Source: Armatimonadota bacterium (GTDB lineage: Bacteria > Armatimonadota > HRBIN16). From it: a DNA stretch of 64,000 nt. The notes beneath the pieces are model-generated. The model did not search any database. It saw only the letters and a list, made by a program, of their open reading frames with translations, and was not told where the DNA came from. The DNA lies in the NCBI GenBank assembly GCA_963677485.1, contig OY781964.1, positions 1,728,001 through 1,792,000 on the forward strand, written 5' to 3'. The position numbers and the translations under genes were made by a program. Position 1 is the stretch's first letter; each line of letters starts with the position of its first letter. Of this stretch, positions 56,434 to 64,000 are shown one piece after another.

Positions 56434-59262
56434 TCACCCCTGCCTGCACCTCACGCACCTACCCCCACCGGGTAGGCTGCGCTTCTGGCAGATCAACTTG
56501 CCCTGCTTGTTCCGCCGCAGCACCAGCGGGCCGACACGCTTCGACCAGTGGGCCACATGCAGCCCGCGGCTGTGCCACCAGAGCGGTGCCTCCTGGCACG
56601 GGTAGACCTGCGACACCGTAAGCGACGGCCGGAAATCCCAGCTACAGATGTCACCGGTCCAACCTACCAACTCCTGGCCGTCACGTAACAGTGAGTGGTC
56701 CAGGTAGTGCTTCCCGCCCGGGTTCATGGCCAGCAGAACGCCGTTCGTACCGGTGGCCACACTTTGCACCAGCGTCTCGCCAGCCTTCAACTCCACCGTG
56801 TCATTCGCAAGCCCCGCACCCACCGCACTGCCGTGCAGTATCGTGGCCACACGCAGCACCAGCTCGTCATCGCCCAGGTTGAACGGGTCATGTACCCCGG
56901 CGAACCAGTCTATCGCATCCGCCAGTGACTGCACCTTCGTGCTGCCCAACCCCAGAGCCGACTGCACCTGCGGGCTGGCGGTCCAGATCACACCGTGGCC
57001 ACCCCACCGGCAGCCTACTCCGGCTAGCACCCACTCATATACGCTGCCCGTCGCCGGGGTCGGGATGCTTACGCTCCAACCTGGCCAGCGTCGTAGCACC
57101 CCCACCGGAACGTCTGGAACACCAAACCGCCAGAGGTTGAACTCATGCTCCTCGACCACCTGAACCGCCACGCCGGTCACGATCTTGAGCTCCCAGGCGA
57201 AGATATCAAATTCACCGAGCTCCTCACTGACCAGGTGCGACGAGGTGCGGACTATGTCAAACGCCTCCAGGTTCGGCAGACCATCGCATACCCCAAGCAG
57301 CAGACGCCTCCGCCAGTGCTTACGCTGGGTGGTGTCCTCTTCGTTAAGCTGGTCATACCGCTCCTCGCGTATCCACTGGTTCAGTGGGGGAAGCAGCCAC
57401 ACTAGCGGCTCCGACTTACGAAACAGCTCCACGCTGCCCAGTATCCAGCCGTCACCGTCAGTGGTTGGTACCTCAACCTCAATCCACTCCGGAAGGGTTA
57501 CCCCGCTGAGGGTTCCATCGAGTGTGGGTTGTGGCCACCGGCTCAAGGTGTTTGGCCGCGCGAGCTCGCCATGGTTGCCGGTCGGCGGTGGGTTCCCACC
57601 TTCAGACACAAGCCCGGTGATGTCCGGCCTGGCCAGGTCTATCTCTATCGTGCCGTCCGCCTTCACCTTCGTGGTCCAGGTCTTTACCGCCAGGCTCGGG
57701 TTCTCCCAGCTCATCGTGGCGGGGTCCGGGTAGAGTGCAGCCAGGTTGTCTTGCTTGATCCGCACCGTTACTGTGTCGAGGGGTAGAGGCGTGTGGTCAC
57801 GCTTGAGGTTGATCCGCAGATAGCGGTAACCCGCGAAGGTAGGCCGCGGGGGACGGCTGGGGCTCTCGCCAAACTGCTCGGTGTCCCACTCTAGCGTGCG
57901 GCGCAAGGTCATGGCCACCGCCCCGGTGTCCGGCGTGATACGAGCAACCAACCCGTCCGGATCAAGGCTGCCGTGTGCGACCGTCCAGCGGCCGCAGGTG
58001 AGCGAACCCCCAGAGACCCAGGCACCAGATGCGAGTGTATAACCATCCTCCGCCCAGCCTAAGCCAAGCGAGCTCATCGCCGCATGTGATAGAGTCGGGC
58101 CATCGACCGCCCACAGGTGCATCAGCATCCGGTTATCCTGCCAGGTTCGGTATGGCAGGTAGTCGCTCCAATCCTCCGGCAGATCGTGGTATTCGTTGGC
58201 CAGGCTCCATACCGGGTTCAGCCCGACCGACAGATCGCCCCAGTTCGACCAGGTGCCGCCGTCCGAAAAACGGCCCGTCCCGCTGCTGGCGTTGAAACTC
58301 CAGAACCACATCCGCTGCGTGATGCCTTCCGCATAATAACCGTCAGTGGCTGCGACGATGGGCAGGGCGGTGTCGTTGCCGTGTCTGCTGACCGCAAGCT
58401 CCGAAGGTATCCCGCCGCCCGCAGGGTTGAGCACCGCGCAGGTGATGGACACCTCACGCGTCAGGTGCCAGCCGCCCGCCATGACCGTGGTCATGCTTGC
58501 ACCACCGCTGGTCGGAGTGGCTCTGCCCACAAGGTGGCCGTCACCCAGCTCCCCACTGCAGGTACCGCCGCTATAACTCCATGTTGGTGATGCACCGTCG
58601 CAGTGGTAATGACCGTTCGAGCAGATGATATTCACCCGCCCCTCGGCGGTCTGTGTGCCAGCGATCGCCGTCACTGTGGCACTGGCGTGCAGCTCGTTTG
58701 GTAGGTCAGCCCCTACCGTGCCGCAGGTGCCGGTATAGGTGCCGATGTTGGTGACGAGCGTCCAGGTGGCCAGCTCCCGTAGCCGAAGCCACAACCTGCA
58801 CTTGGTGCGGTCTGGTGTATCCCTCTGAAAGCCCCGGTGATGGAAGCCCACAAAGCCCGCGCCGTCACCCTCACCCATGGTCAGCATGTCCGCCATCACG
58901 TCACATGGCGCACTGAACGTCAGTGAGCCCGCGTGGGGCTGGGTATGGACACCCTCCGGCAGACCAAACCGGATACTCATCGTGGCCCACTCCGCCGGTG
59001 CTGGTTGTCCGCTCGGGTAGGTCAGGGTGTAGTCGAATGGCAACTGGTCAGTATGTGGCCAGCTCACATCCGGGTATGCCCCCGCCGTGATGTTACCAAC
59101 CGAAAAAGCACCCACAGAAAGCGGAGTGGTGGCCGATAGCGACCCATTGGCGGTGATGCGGGAATGCAGGAATGGCATGAAGTTATCCCTGTAGACCTCA
59201 ATCTTCGCCGCGTGGTAGAACTGAATGGTCCAGGTGACGGTCTGTTCATCGATCTTTATCAT
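56434..59262 (-). CDS. Large phage tail-region protein (putative tail tip or receptor-binding protein)
   Basis: 942 aa, Gly/Thr/Trp-rich; last gene of the ATGA-coupled tail operon. Confidence 0.6.
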   Translation of the reverse strand: MIKIDEQTVTWTIQFYHAAKIEVYRDNFMPFLHSRITANGSLSATTPLSVGAFSVGNITAGAYPDVSWPHTDQLPFDYTLTYPSGQPAPAEWATMSIRFGLPEGVHTQPHAGSLTFSAPCDVMADMLTMGEGDGAGFVGFHHRGFQRDTPDRTKCRLWLRLRELATWTLVTNIGTYTGTCGTVGADLPNELHASATVTAIAGTQTAEGRVNIICSNGHYHCDGASPTWSYSGGTCSGELGDGHLVGRATPTSGGASMTTVMAGGWHLTREVSITCAVLNPAGGGIPSELAVSRHGNDTALPIVAATDGYYAEGITQRMWFWSFNASSGTGRFSDGGTWSNWGDLSVGLNPVWSLANEYHDLPEDWSDYLPYRTWQDNRMLMHLWAVDGPTLSHAAMSSLGLGWAEDGYTLASGAWVSGGSLTCGRWTVAHGSLDPDGLVARITPDTGAVAMTLRRTLEWDTEQFGESPSRPPRPTFAGYRYLRINLKRDHTPLPLDTVTVRIKQDNLAALYPDPATMSWENPSLAVKTWTTKVKADGTIEIDLARPDITGLVSEGGNPPPTGNHGELARPNTLSRWPQPTLDGTLSGVTLPEWIEVEVPTTDGDGWILGSVELFRKSEPLVWLLPPLNQWIREERYDQLNEEDTTQRKHWRRRLLLGVCDGLPNLEAFDIVRTSSHLVSEELGEFDIFAWELKIVTGVAVQVVEEHEFNLWRFGVPDVPVGVLRRWPGWSVSIPTPATGSVYEWVLAGVGCRWGGHGVIWTASPQVQSALGLGSTKVQSLADAIDWFAGVHDPFNLGDDELVLRVATILHGSAVGAGLANDTVELKAGETLVQSVATGTNGVLLAMNPGGKHYLDHSLLRDGQELVGWTGDICSWDFRPSLTVSQVYPCQEAPLWWHSRGLHVAHWSKRVGPLVLRRNKQGKLICQKRSLPGGGRCVRCRQG

Positions 59263-59708
59263 GCTGGCGTCTCAGGCTGCGACTTACACTCCTCTGTCGT
59301 GGTGATCAACACTGCCGGGTCATCTTCTTCACCTATGAACCGGATACGCCCGGATTCGGTGATCTCGGCCGGACGTGGTCTGAACTCGAACTTGCCGGTC
59401 TCTTCGGAATACTGAATGTCGGTGGCCAGGAACACCCGCACACCGTGCCCCTGGTTGGCGGTCCATGTGTCGGTGTCCCTGGTTCCTTGAACATGACCGA
59501 GCTCGACGATCGGGCCGTCTGCCTCTGGGACAATCACCCCGGAGCCACCCCTCGATGGAACGGTGGCACTGACCATCTGACCGCGGGGGCTGCGGCTCAC
59601 CTGAATGCCGTTACCCGGCACCACAAGCAGGCTCTCCAGCATATCGAGCAGCGCATTATAGTCCGCCCAGGTCACTTGCTCCCCTGGGCGTTTACGGCTG
59701 CCTATCAT
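59259..59708 (-). CDS. Phage tail-region hypothetical protein
   Basis: 149 aa; ATGA coupling on both sides. Confidence 0.65.
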   Translation of the reverse strand: MIGSRKRPGEQVTWADYNALLDMLESLLVVPGNGIQVSRSPRGQMVSATVPSRGGSGVIVPEADGPIVELGHVQGTRDTDTWTANQGHGVRVFLATDIQYSEETGKFEFRPRPAEITESGRIRFIGEEDDPAVLITTTEECKSQPETPA

Positions 59709-60577
59709 TCCGGTAACTCGCCAGGTGGATCATCACCCGCTTTAACCGGGATACCAAGCAGCGTGGCCATGTCCACCGCTGCGTACTTCTTCACGGCCTC
59801 CGGACCAATCGGTGTGTCCCACGCCCCCTCACCAGCGGGGCCAGCCACATAGACTGGCGTGCCGATAAGTTTCTGGTCGGTGGTGTAGTCATCTTTACCC
59901 GCGTCCTTGTCTTGCCAGAACCGCTCGCGTCCATCGGCGGTTCTGGCTTGCAGTGGTTCACGCCACTCCTCATTCCAGTTGCGTTTTCGCATCCCGAAGG
60001 TGAAGATCACCTTGCTGTATTCGAATGCGCCTGTGAACGGGTCATACTTGGTGTCCTGCGAGACGTCCTGAAGCAGCAGCCGACCGACATTCACCCCCCG
60101 GAATACACGGTCATTGATACAGCCGATACAGGCCATGAGCATCGCAGACCGGTCCACTACCTGACGCATGGTTAACTGCAGGTCACCGCTAAATTCTGGC
60201 ATGGAAATATCCTGCGTCACCTTTGTGCTGGCGGTCTCCCACGTCCAGCCGATGAGCTTCTGGCCGCTCTCAAGACGGCCTCGCAGGTTCTCCTCAACCC
60301 ACTCTTCGGCATTCTCTTTAAGGTCCTGGCTGGTGCTATACTGGGCAGTGATGCGGGCTATCATGCCCTCGGCGGTTTGTGCGATCTGCCTGTGTGACAG
60401 GTTGACGATCCGCAGGATAGGCATGTCCGGCCACCCGTCACCCTTGACCGGAAAGCCGCGCATATACGGGTCATAATCGGGTTCTATCTCATCCCATAGC
60501 ACCGTCCAACTGCGCTGCGCGGTGAGACCATTACCGCTGACTTCCACATTACGGCTGGCAATATCCTCGGCAAACAT
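59705..60577 (-). CDS. Phage tail-region protein in the distal-tail position
   Basis: 290 aa immediately after the tape measure gene, TAATG-coupled. Confidence 0.65.
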   Translation of the reverse strand: MFAEDIASRNVEVSGNGLTAQRSWTVLWDEIEPDYDPYMRGFPVKGDGWPDMPILRIVNLSHRQIAQTAEGMIARITAQYSTSQDLKENAEEWVEENLRGRLESGQKLIGWTWETASTKVTQDISMPEFSGDLQLTMRQVVDRSAMLMACIGCINDRVFRGVNVGRLLLQDVSQDTKYDPFTGAFEYSKVIFTFGMRKRNWNEEWREPLQARTADGRERFWQDKDAGKDDYTTDQKLIGTPVYVAGPAGEGAWDTPIGPEAVKKYAAVDMATLLGIPVKAGDDPPGELPE

Positions 60578-62136
60578 TAGGCAGTCACCACCGGTAGACG
60601 GCTCGCCTCTACCGCCCGCATGATACGCAGCACCGCTTCCTTTATGTCACGGATGTGAGCCACAAGCTCTGTGCTGCCTGGCAGAGACCCTGAAGACTGC
60701 AGGGCGTTCATGCTCTGTGGGGCTCCGGCGATGCTCGCTGCTGCCGTAGACAGCTTCGATGTGTCAGGCATACTGTAGCTTGGCAGGGCTGTTGGTTGGA
60801 CATCCGGCATACTCATGGTGGCTTCGGCTGACTTCCTGACCTTGTCGAGGTTGGATTTACCCCCTATACCAGCCAACTGTTTATCGACATCAGAGTTTTC
60901 CTTCTTGTGAGTACTGTTGTATATGGCCACCCCGGCAGCAGCGATACCTACGGCAGCCAACGCCACACCAGCCGCAGCAGGGTTGGCCGCGGCCCAGGCG
61001 ATGATCGCACTGTTTCTCATCATGTCAAAAGCGCTCCGGATGGCCATGATCCCCTTGGCCACAGGCCCGGCGACGGCCACCAGACCCAAGAACCCGATCA
61101 CCCCCGCTGCGATGGGTTTAGGCATCGCGGTCAGCACGCCAATGATTGGTTTAGCGATGTCTATGAGCATATCAAGGGCAGGCATCACAGCATCGGCGAT
61201 CGATAGAGCGAGCTCACCGAACTTCATCTTTACCCCAGCCAGCTTCGCGTTCATCGCATCGAACTTCTCGTCCATCTTGGCAGCCGCGACTAACACTTCG
61301 TCATTCATCACCGCCCCGCTCTTGTGTGCTTCGGTAGCCAGGTTGGTAAACCCCTGGGCACCCATGGCGATGATAGGGGCCATCTCGGCAGACGACTTAC
61401 CAAACAGCTTTGTGGCCAGGTTGTTGCGCTCGATACCCTCCGGCATCTGACCAAGTGCCCCGATGGTCTCAGAGAAGATACTGTTCATATCCCGGAACTT
61501 GCCGTTGCTGTCAAGCACCGAAACGCCGATACCTTTGAGCTGCTGTTGTATAGCCTCGTTACCGAGGTTCTTCTGCAGCTTTTCGACCGACTTCATGAGG
61601 GGCTCGAACTCCAACCCGCTTTGAGAGGCCACGAACTGCAGCTCCTGGAGGGTCTGTGTGGTCAACCCTGTGGCCGTCTTAAGGTTCATCAGCTTCTCAG
61701 CCTGGTCAGCCATTTTGCTGGCCTCATATAGTCCTGCACCGACCGCCGCAGCCAGAGGGGCTTGCACGCTTGAGGAGACACTAGATAGCTTATCGAGCTT
61801 CTGGTTCTTCTGGGCCTTGGCGATGGCCAGGTCCTTCTCCTGATTGGAGATCTCTTTACGCAGGCTGGCCGACTGGCTCCGCAGTGCGTTAAGGGTCTCC
61901 TTCTCGCCGGACTGCAGAGCCTGTTCTATCTTCTTTTTAAGCTCAACCTGCTCGTTCTGCATCTGCTGCAGCTTTTTGGTGGCCTCGGTGATGCCTCTTG
62001 TGTCCGGACGAATTGATGTCAAGCGTTCCGCAAGCCGCCCGTTGGCTTCAGCCTGCTTCTTCATCTCGTTCATAGACTTCTGGAAGCTCTGCAGACTAGC
62101 AGTGATCGCCAGTTCATAGGCACCTACACTAGGCAT
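60577..62136 (-). CDS. Phage tail tape measure protein
   Basis: Helical Ala/Lys-rich; TGLTTQTLQELQFVA, IGVSVLDSNGKFRDM, ATKLFGKS..EMAPII motifs; hydrophobic C-terminal half. Confidence 0.9.
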   Translation of the reverse strand: MPSVGAYELAITASLQSFQKSMNEMKKQAEANGRLAERLTSIRPDTRGITEATKKLQQMQNEQVELKKKIEQALQSGEKETLNALRSQSASLRKEISNQEKDLAIAKAQKNQKLDKLSSVSSSVQAPLAAAVGAGLYEASKMADQAEKLMNLKTATGLTTQTLQELQFVASQSGLEFEPLMKSVEKLQKNLGNEAIQQQLKGIGVSVLDSNGKFRDMNSIFSETIGALGQMPEGIERNNLATKLFGKSSAEMAPIIAMGAQGFTNLATEAHKSGAVMNDEVLVAAAKMDEKFDAMNAKLAGVKMKFGELALSIADAVMPALDMLIDIAKPIIGVLTAMPKPIAAGVIGFLGLVAVAGPVAKGIMAIRSAFDMMRNSAIIAWAAANPAAAGVALAAVGIAAAGVAIYNSTHKKENSDVDKQLAGIGGKSNLDKVRKSAEATMSMPDVQPTALPSYSMPDTSKLSTAAASIAGAPQSMNALQSSGSLPGSTELVAHIRDIKEAVLRIMRAVEASRLPVVTA

Positions 62137-62368
62137 TACTCATTCTCTCCATGATTACCCTCATCTCACGCTCTTCATCTTCGTTCGGTTTTGGCTTGTC
62201 GACAACGCCGTATTTCAGCTTCTCATACCAGTACACAGCATGAACCGAATCGACAAAGTCAGCCCATGTCGCATTCCAGAAAGTGTCGGGTGTCCAGCGC
62301 AACAACCCGTAGGCGAGGCGTTTCGCCTCGCCCCAGTCGGTTAGGGTGTTGCGCTCTGGACGTTTCCC
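62129..62368 (-). CDS. -1 frameshift extension of the tail assembly chaperone (gpGT-like)
   Basis: Open -1 frame from the slippery G-GGA-AAC to TAG at 62129; encodes AYGLLRWTPDTFWNATWADF, a tail-chaperone-type motif. Confidence 0.8.
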   Translation of the reverse strand, partial: GKRPERNTLTDWGEAKRLAYGLLRWTPDTFWNATWADFVDSVHAVYWYEKLKYGVVDKPKPNEDEEREMRVIMERMSNA

Positions 62369-62643
62369 TCGTCGGTGCTTTCCATTGGGATGTCGCCGAT
62401 CGTGTCGTCTACGATCTCGATAAGCAGCCGTGAACGCTCCTGGGCGGTGTCGAGTGCATCATCGACCTCGTCGGTCGATAACCCGGTGATCGCCGCCACA
62501 GTGCCGATAACATAGGCACAGGTCGCTTCGTCCGGAGCATCTTTGATCTTGGTGACACTGATGCCGGAGAACTGCTCCGCCGCCCGACGGTGCCGGTTTC
62601 GCACCGGCTCATTCCATGTCTTGCCGTTAATGGTGACCTTCAT
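62341..62643 (-). CDS. Phage tail assembly chaperone (gpG-like)
   Basis: 100-aa acidic protein between tail tube and tape measure genes; in-frame slippery heptamer near the 3' end. Confidence 0.8.
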   Translation of the reverse strand: MKVTINGKTWNEPVRNRHRRAAEQFSGISVTKIKDAPDEATCAYVIGTVAAITGLSTDEVDDALDTAQERSRLLIEIVDDTIGDIPMESTDEGNVQSATP

Positions 62644-63077
62644 TAAGCACTCACCGCCGTGGTGGTCACATGCCCGCTGGACTTTCCACTACCCTTGCTG
62701 GTGCCGGTTTTGTCCAACGTTGCGCCGATCTCGATACTCTCGATCGCAATGATACCCACCATCTTCTCCGTGGTATCACTGTCTGCAACGAATTCGAAAG
62801 GTAGCCTGGTACCCATCTCGCACTTCTTGGCCATGTCGAACGCACCCATGACAGAGGCGTAGGCGTTACCGTCCCAGCTTATTTCGTGGGTAGCTTTAGA
62901 CGGGATGTTGTCGGGCTCTATCATGCCTGTCTCGGTGTTGACATGGCTCGTATCTGCCACTTCTATCAGTGACGCATTCACTTTCATGGTCACCGATGTC
63001 AGTCCGAGAACTGGCGAGCCTGGCGATGTGCCAAGCTTCAGGGCCATTCTGCCAAATTTGATAAGCGTACTACTCAC
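62643..63077 (-). CDS. Phage major tail tube protein
   Basis: 144 aa, beta-rich (IEVADTS...HEISWDG...GIIAIESIEI); canonical position. Confidence 0.7.
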   Translation of the reverse strand: MSSTLIKFGRMALKLGTSPGSPVLGLTSVTMKVNASLIEVADTSHVNTETGMIEPDNIPSKATHEISWDGNAYASVMGAFDMAKKCEMGTRLPFEFVADSDTTEKMVGIIAIESIEIGATLDKTGTSKGSGKSSGHVTTTAVSA

Positions 63078-63080
63078 TCA

Positions 63081-63416
63081 CTAACCTCCCAGTTGTTTGA
63101 TCAGGCACTGCCTGATGATCTTCTTGCCTTTTCCCTTGAGGATGGCACGTATCCACTGTGCCTTACCCCTGCGATGCTTCAGGCTCTTGTCCCAGTAGAC
63201 ACGGCCAGCATATGCCGTGTCGTAGATGATGACCACATTGTTTGCTCCGCGTTCCACGACCCTGGCCGACCTACTCAGCTTACGGGTCCTCGTTGGCACA
63301 GATGACTGCGCTGCTTCCACGATTTGATGAGCCGCGTCTACCATGGCGATATTGAGTTCGTGGCGCATATCTTCCATGATGCGTTGGGTGTCTATATCTA
63401 CGCGCACTCTAGCCAA
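63081..63416 (-). CDS. HK97 gp10-like / minor capsid neck protein
   Basis: AQSSVPTRTRKLSRS...YDTAYA...KAQWI pattern. Confidence 0.7.
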   Translation of the reverse strand: MARVRVDIDTQRIMEDMRHELNIAMVDAAHQIVEAAQSSVPTRTRKLSRSARVVERGANNVVIIYDTAYAGRVYWDKSLKHRRGKAQWIRAILKGKGKKIIRQCLIKQLGG

Positions 63417-63772
63417 ACCTCAACGAGTACCGAAGGATTACGCAGGTTCTCATCCCTGTCTTGGTCCATCTCGCCAACCCGGCAGAACCCGCCGGTATGC
63501 TGGCTGGTCGGCCGGATGTCGTCACCCAGTGCCTCACAGATTTTGGTGTATACCGTTGATGCTTCGGCACTGCCAGGCGCATCACTGAGTATGTTCAGGT
63601 CAATATCGACCTTCCAGGTCTGCGGGCAGACGCTGATCATGTTCGGAGCTCCGCCGTGCAGGACCACGCAAGGTAGTTCTGGTTCCTCTGGAGCCTCGTC
63701 ATATACTGTTAGTCCGGCCACGGTGAGCATCTGGTAAACCGCCAGTTGTGCGCTGTCTGCTGCGTTGATCAT
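63398..63772 (-). CDS. Tail terminator / completion protein (DUF3168-like)
   Basis: QLAVYQML....VYDEAPE...LPCVV pattern. Confidence 0.7.
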   Translation of the reverse strand: MINAADSAQLAVYQMLTVAGLTVYDEAPEEPELPCVVLHGGAPNMISVCPQTWKVDIDLNILSDAPGSAEASTVYTKICEALGDDIRPTSQHTGGFCRVGEMDQDRDENLRNPSVLVEVWLECA

Positions 63773-63996
63773 TAACAGCCAGCCACAACGATAACCACCG
63801 GAGTGCTTGGTGCTGAGGCTGTAAGTTGAATATCGGTCGAAGTGCCAAGCACTTTACCTCCCTTACCGAAATCCAGAAACAATACACCCTCTGGGCCCAG
63901 AACACCGGTAATACCTCCCGCACCATTGACTTGGGCTTGCGCTATGGTCAGGTTGGCGGTTGGGCTCAGGTTCTTGATCAAGATGTAGTTCAGCAT
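63772..63996 (-). CDS. Phage hypothetical protein
   Basis: 74-aa ORF TAATG-coupled to the next gene; at the window edge, so the start is uncertain. Confidence 0.5.
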   Translation of the reverse strand: MLNYILIKNLSPTANLTIAQAQVNGAGGITGVLGPEGVLFLDFGKGGKVLGTSTDIQLTASAPSTPVVIVVAGC

Positions 63997-64000
63997 GGCG

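Larger units (their letters stand above)
46565..64000. mobile_element. Prophage (siphovirus-like tail), incomplete at the right window edge; left boundary approximate
   Basis: Integrase, excisionase, cro/cI switch, tightly coupled small early genes and a tail module. Confidence 0.9.

Noticed and set aside
55993-56475. Several 64-75-aa ORFs upstream of the GHKL ATPase considered as a fourth cargo gene
   Set aside because: Short, mutually overlapping on both strands, with no RBS or motif; more likely promoter or decayed sequence, although a small gene cannot be excluded

Overview
The window has two parts. (1) About 1-45 kb is GC-rich bacterial chromosome dominated by carbohydrate-active and uncharacterised glycoside-hydrolase-like genes: tandem GH20, GH78, a GH2 fusion, GH4, beta-helix proteins, and DUF4434/DUF4838-like proteins. 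It also holds an RCC1-repeat surface protein with a dockerin-like tail, an orphan glycyl-radical enzyme, and a kinase/isomerase-like/aldolase cluster. Intergenic spaces carry several families of palindromic REP/REPIN-like repeats. The gene content suggests Armatimonadota or a similar polysaccharide-degrading lineage (inference only). (2) About 45-64 kb holds a Panacea (DUF4065) toxin-antitoxin-like pair followed by a prophage that runs off the right edge. The prophage has a tyrosine integrase, excisionase, small early genes, a cro/cI switch, a SieB-like gene and a siphovirus-type tail module with a G-GGA-AAC -1 frameshift in the tail chaperone. The strongest candidate for an undescribed system is an AT-rich three-gene cargo operon between the tail genes and the immunity region (51811-55869): a MORC/GHKL ATPase, a Rossmann methyltransferase-like protein and a radical-SAM enzyme with a B12-binding-like N-terminus. 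It may be a prophage-borne defence or nucleic-acid modification module. All family calls come from motif recognition by eye; no database search was run.
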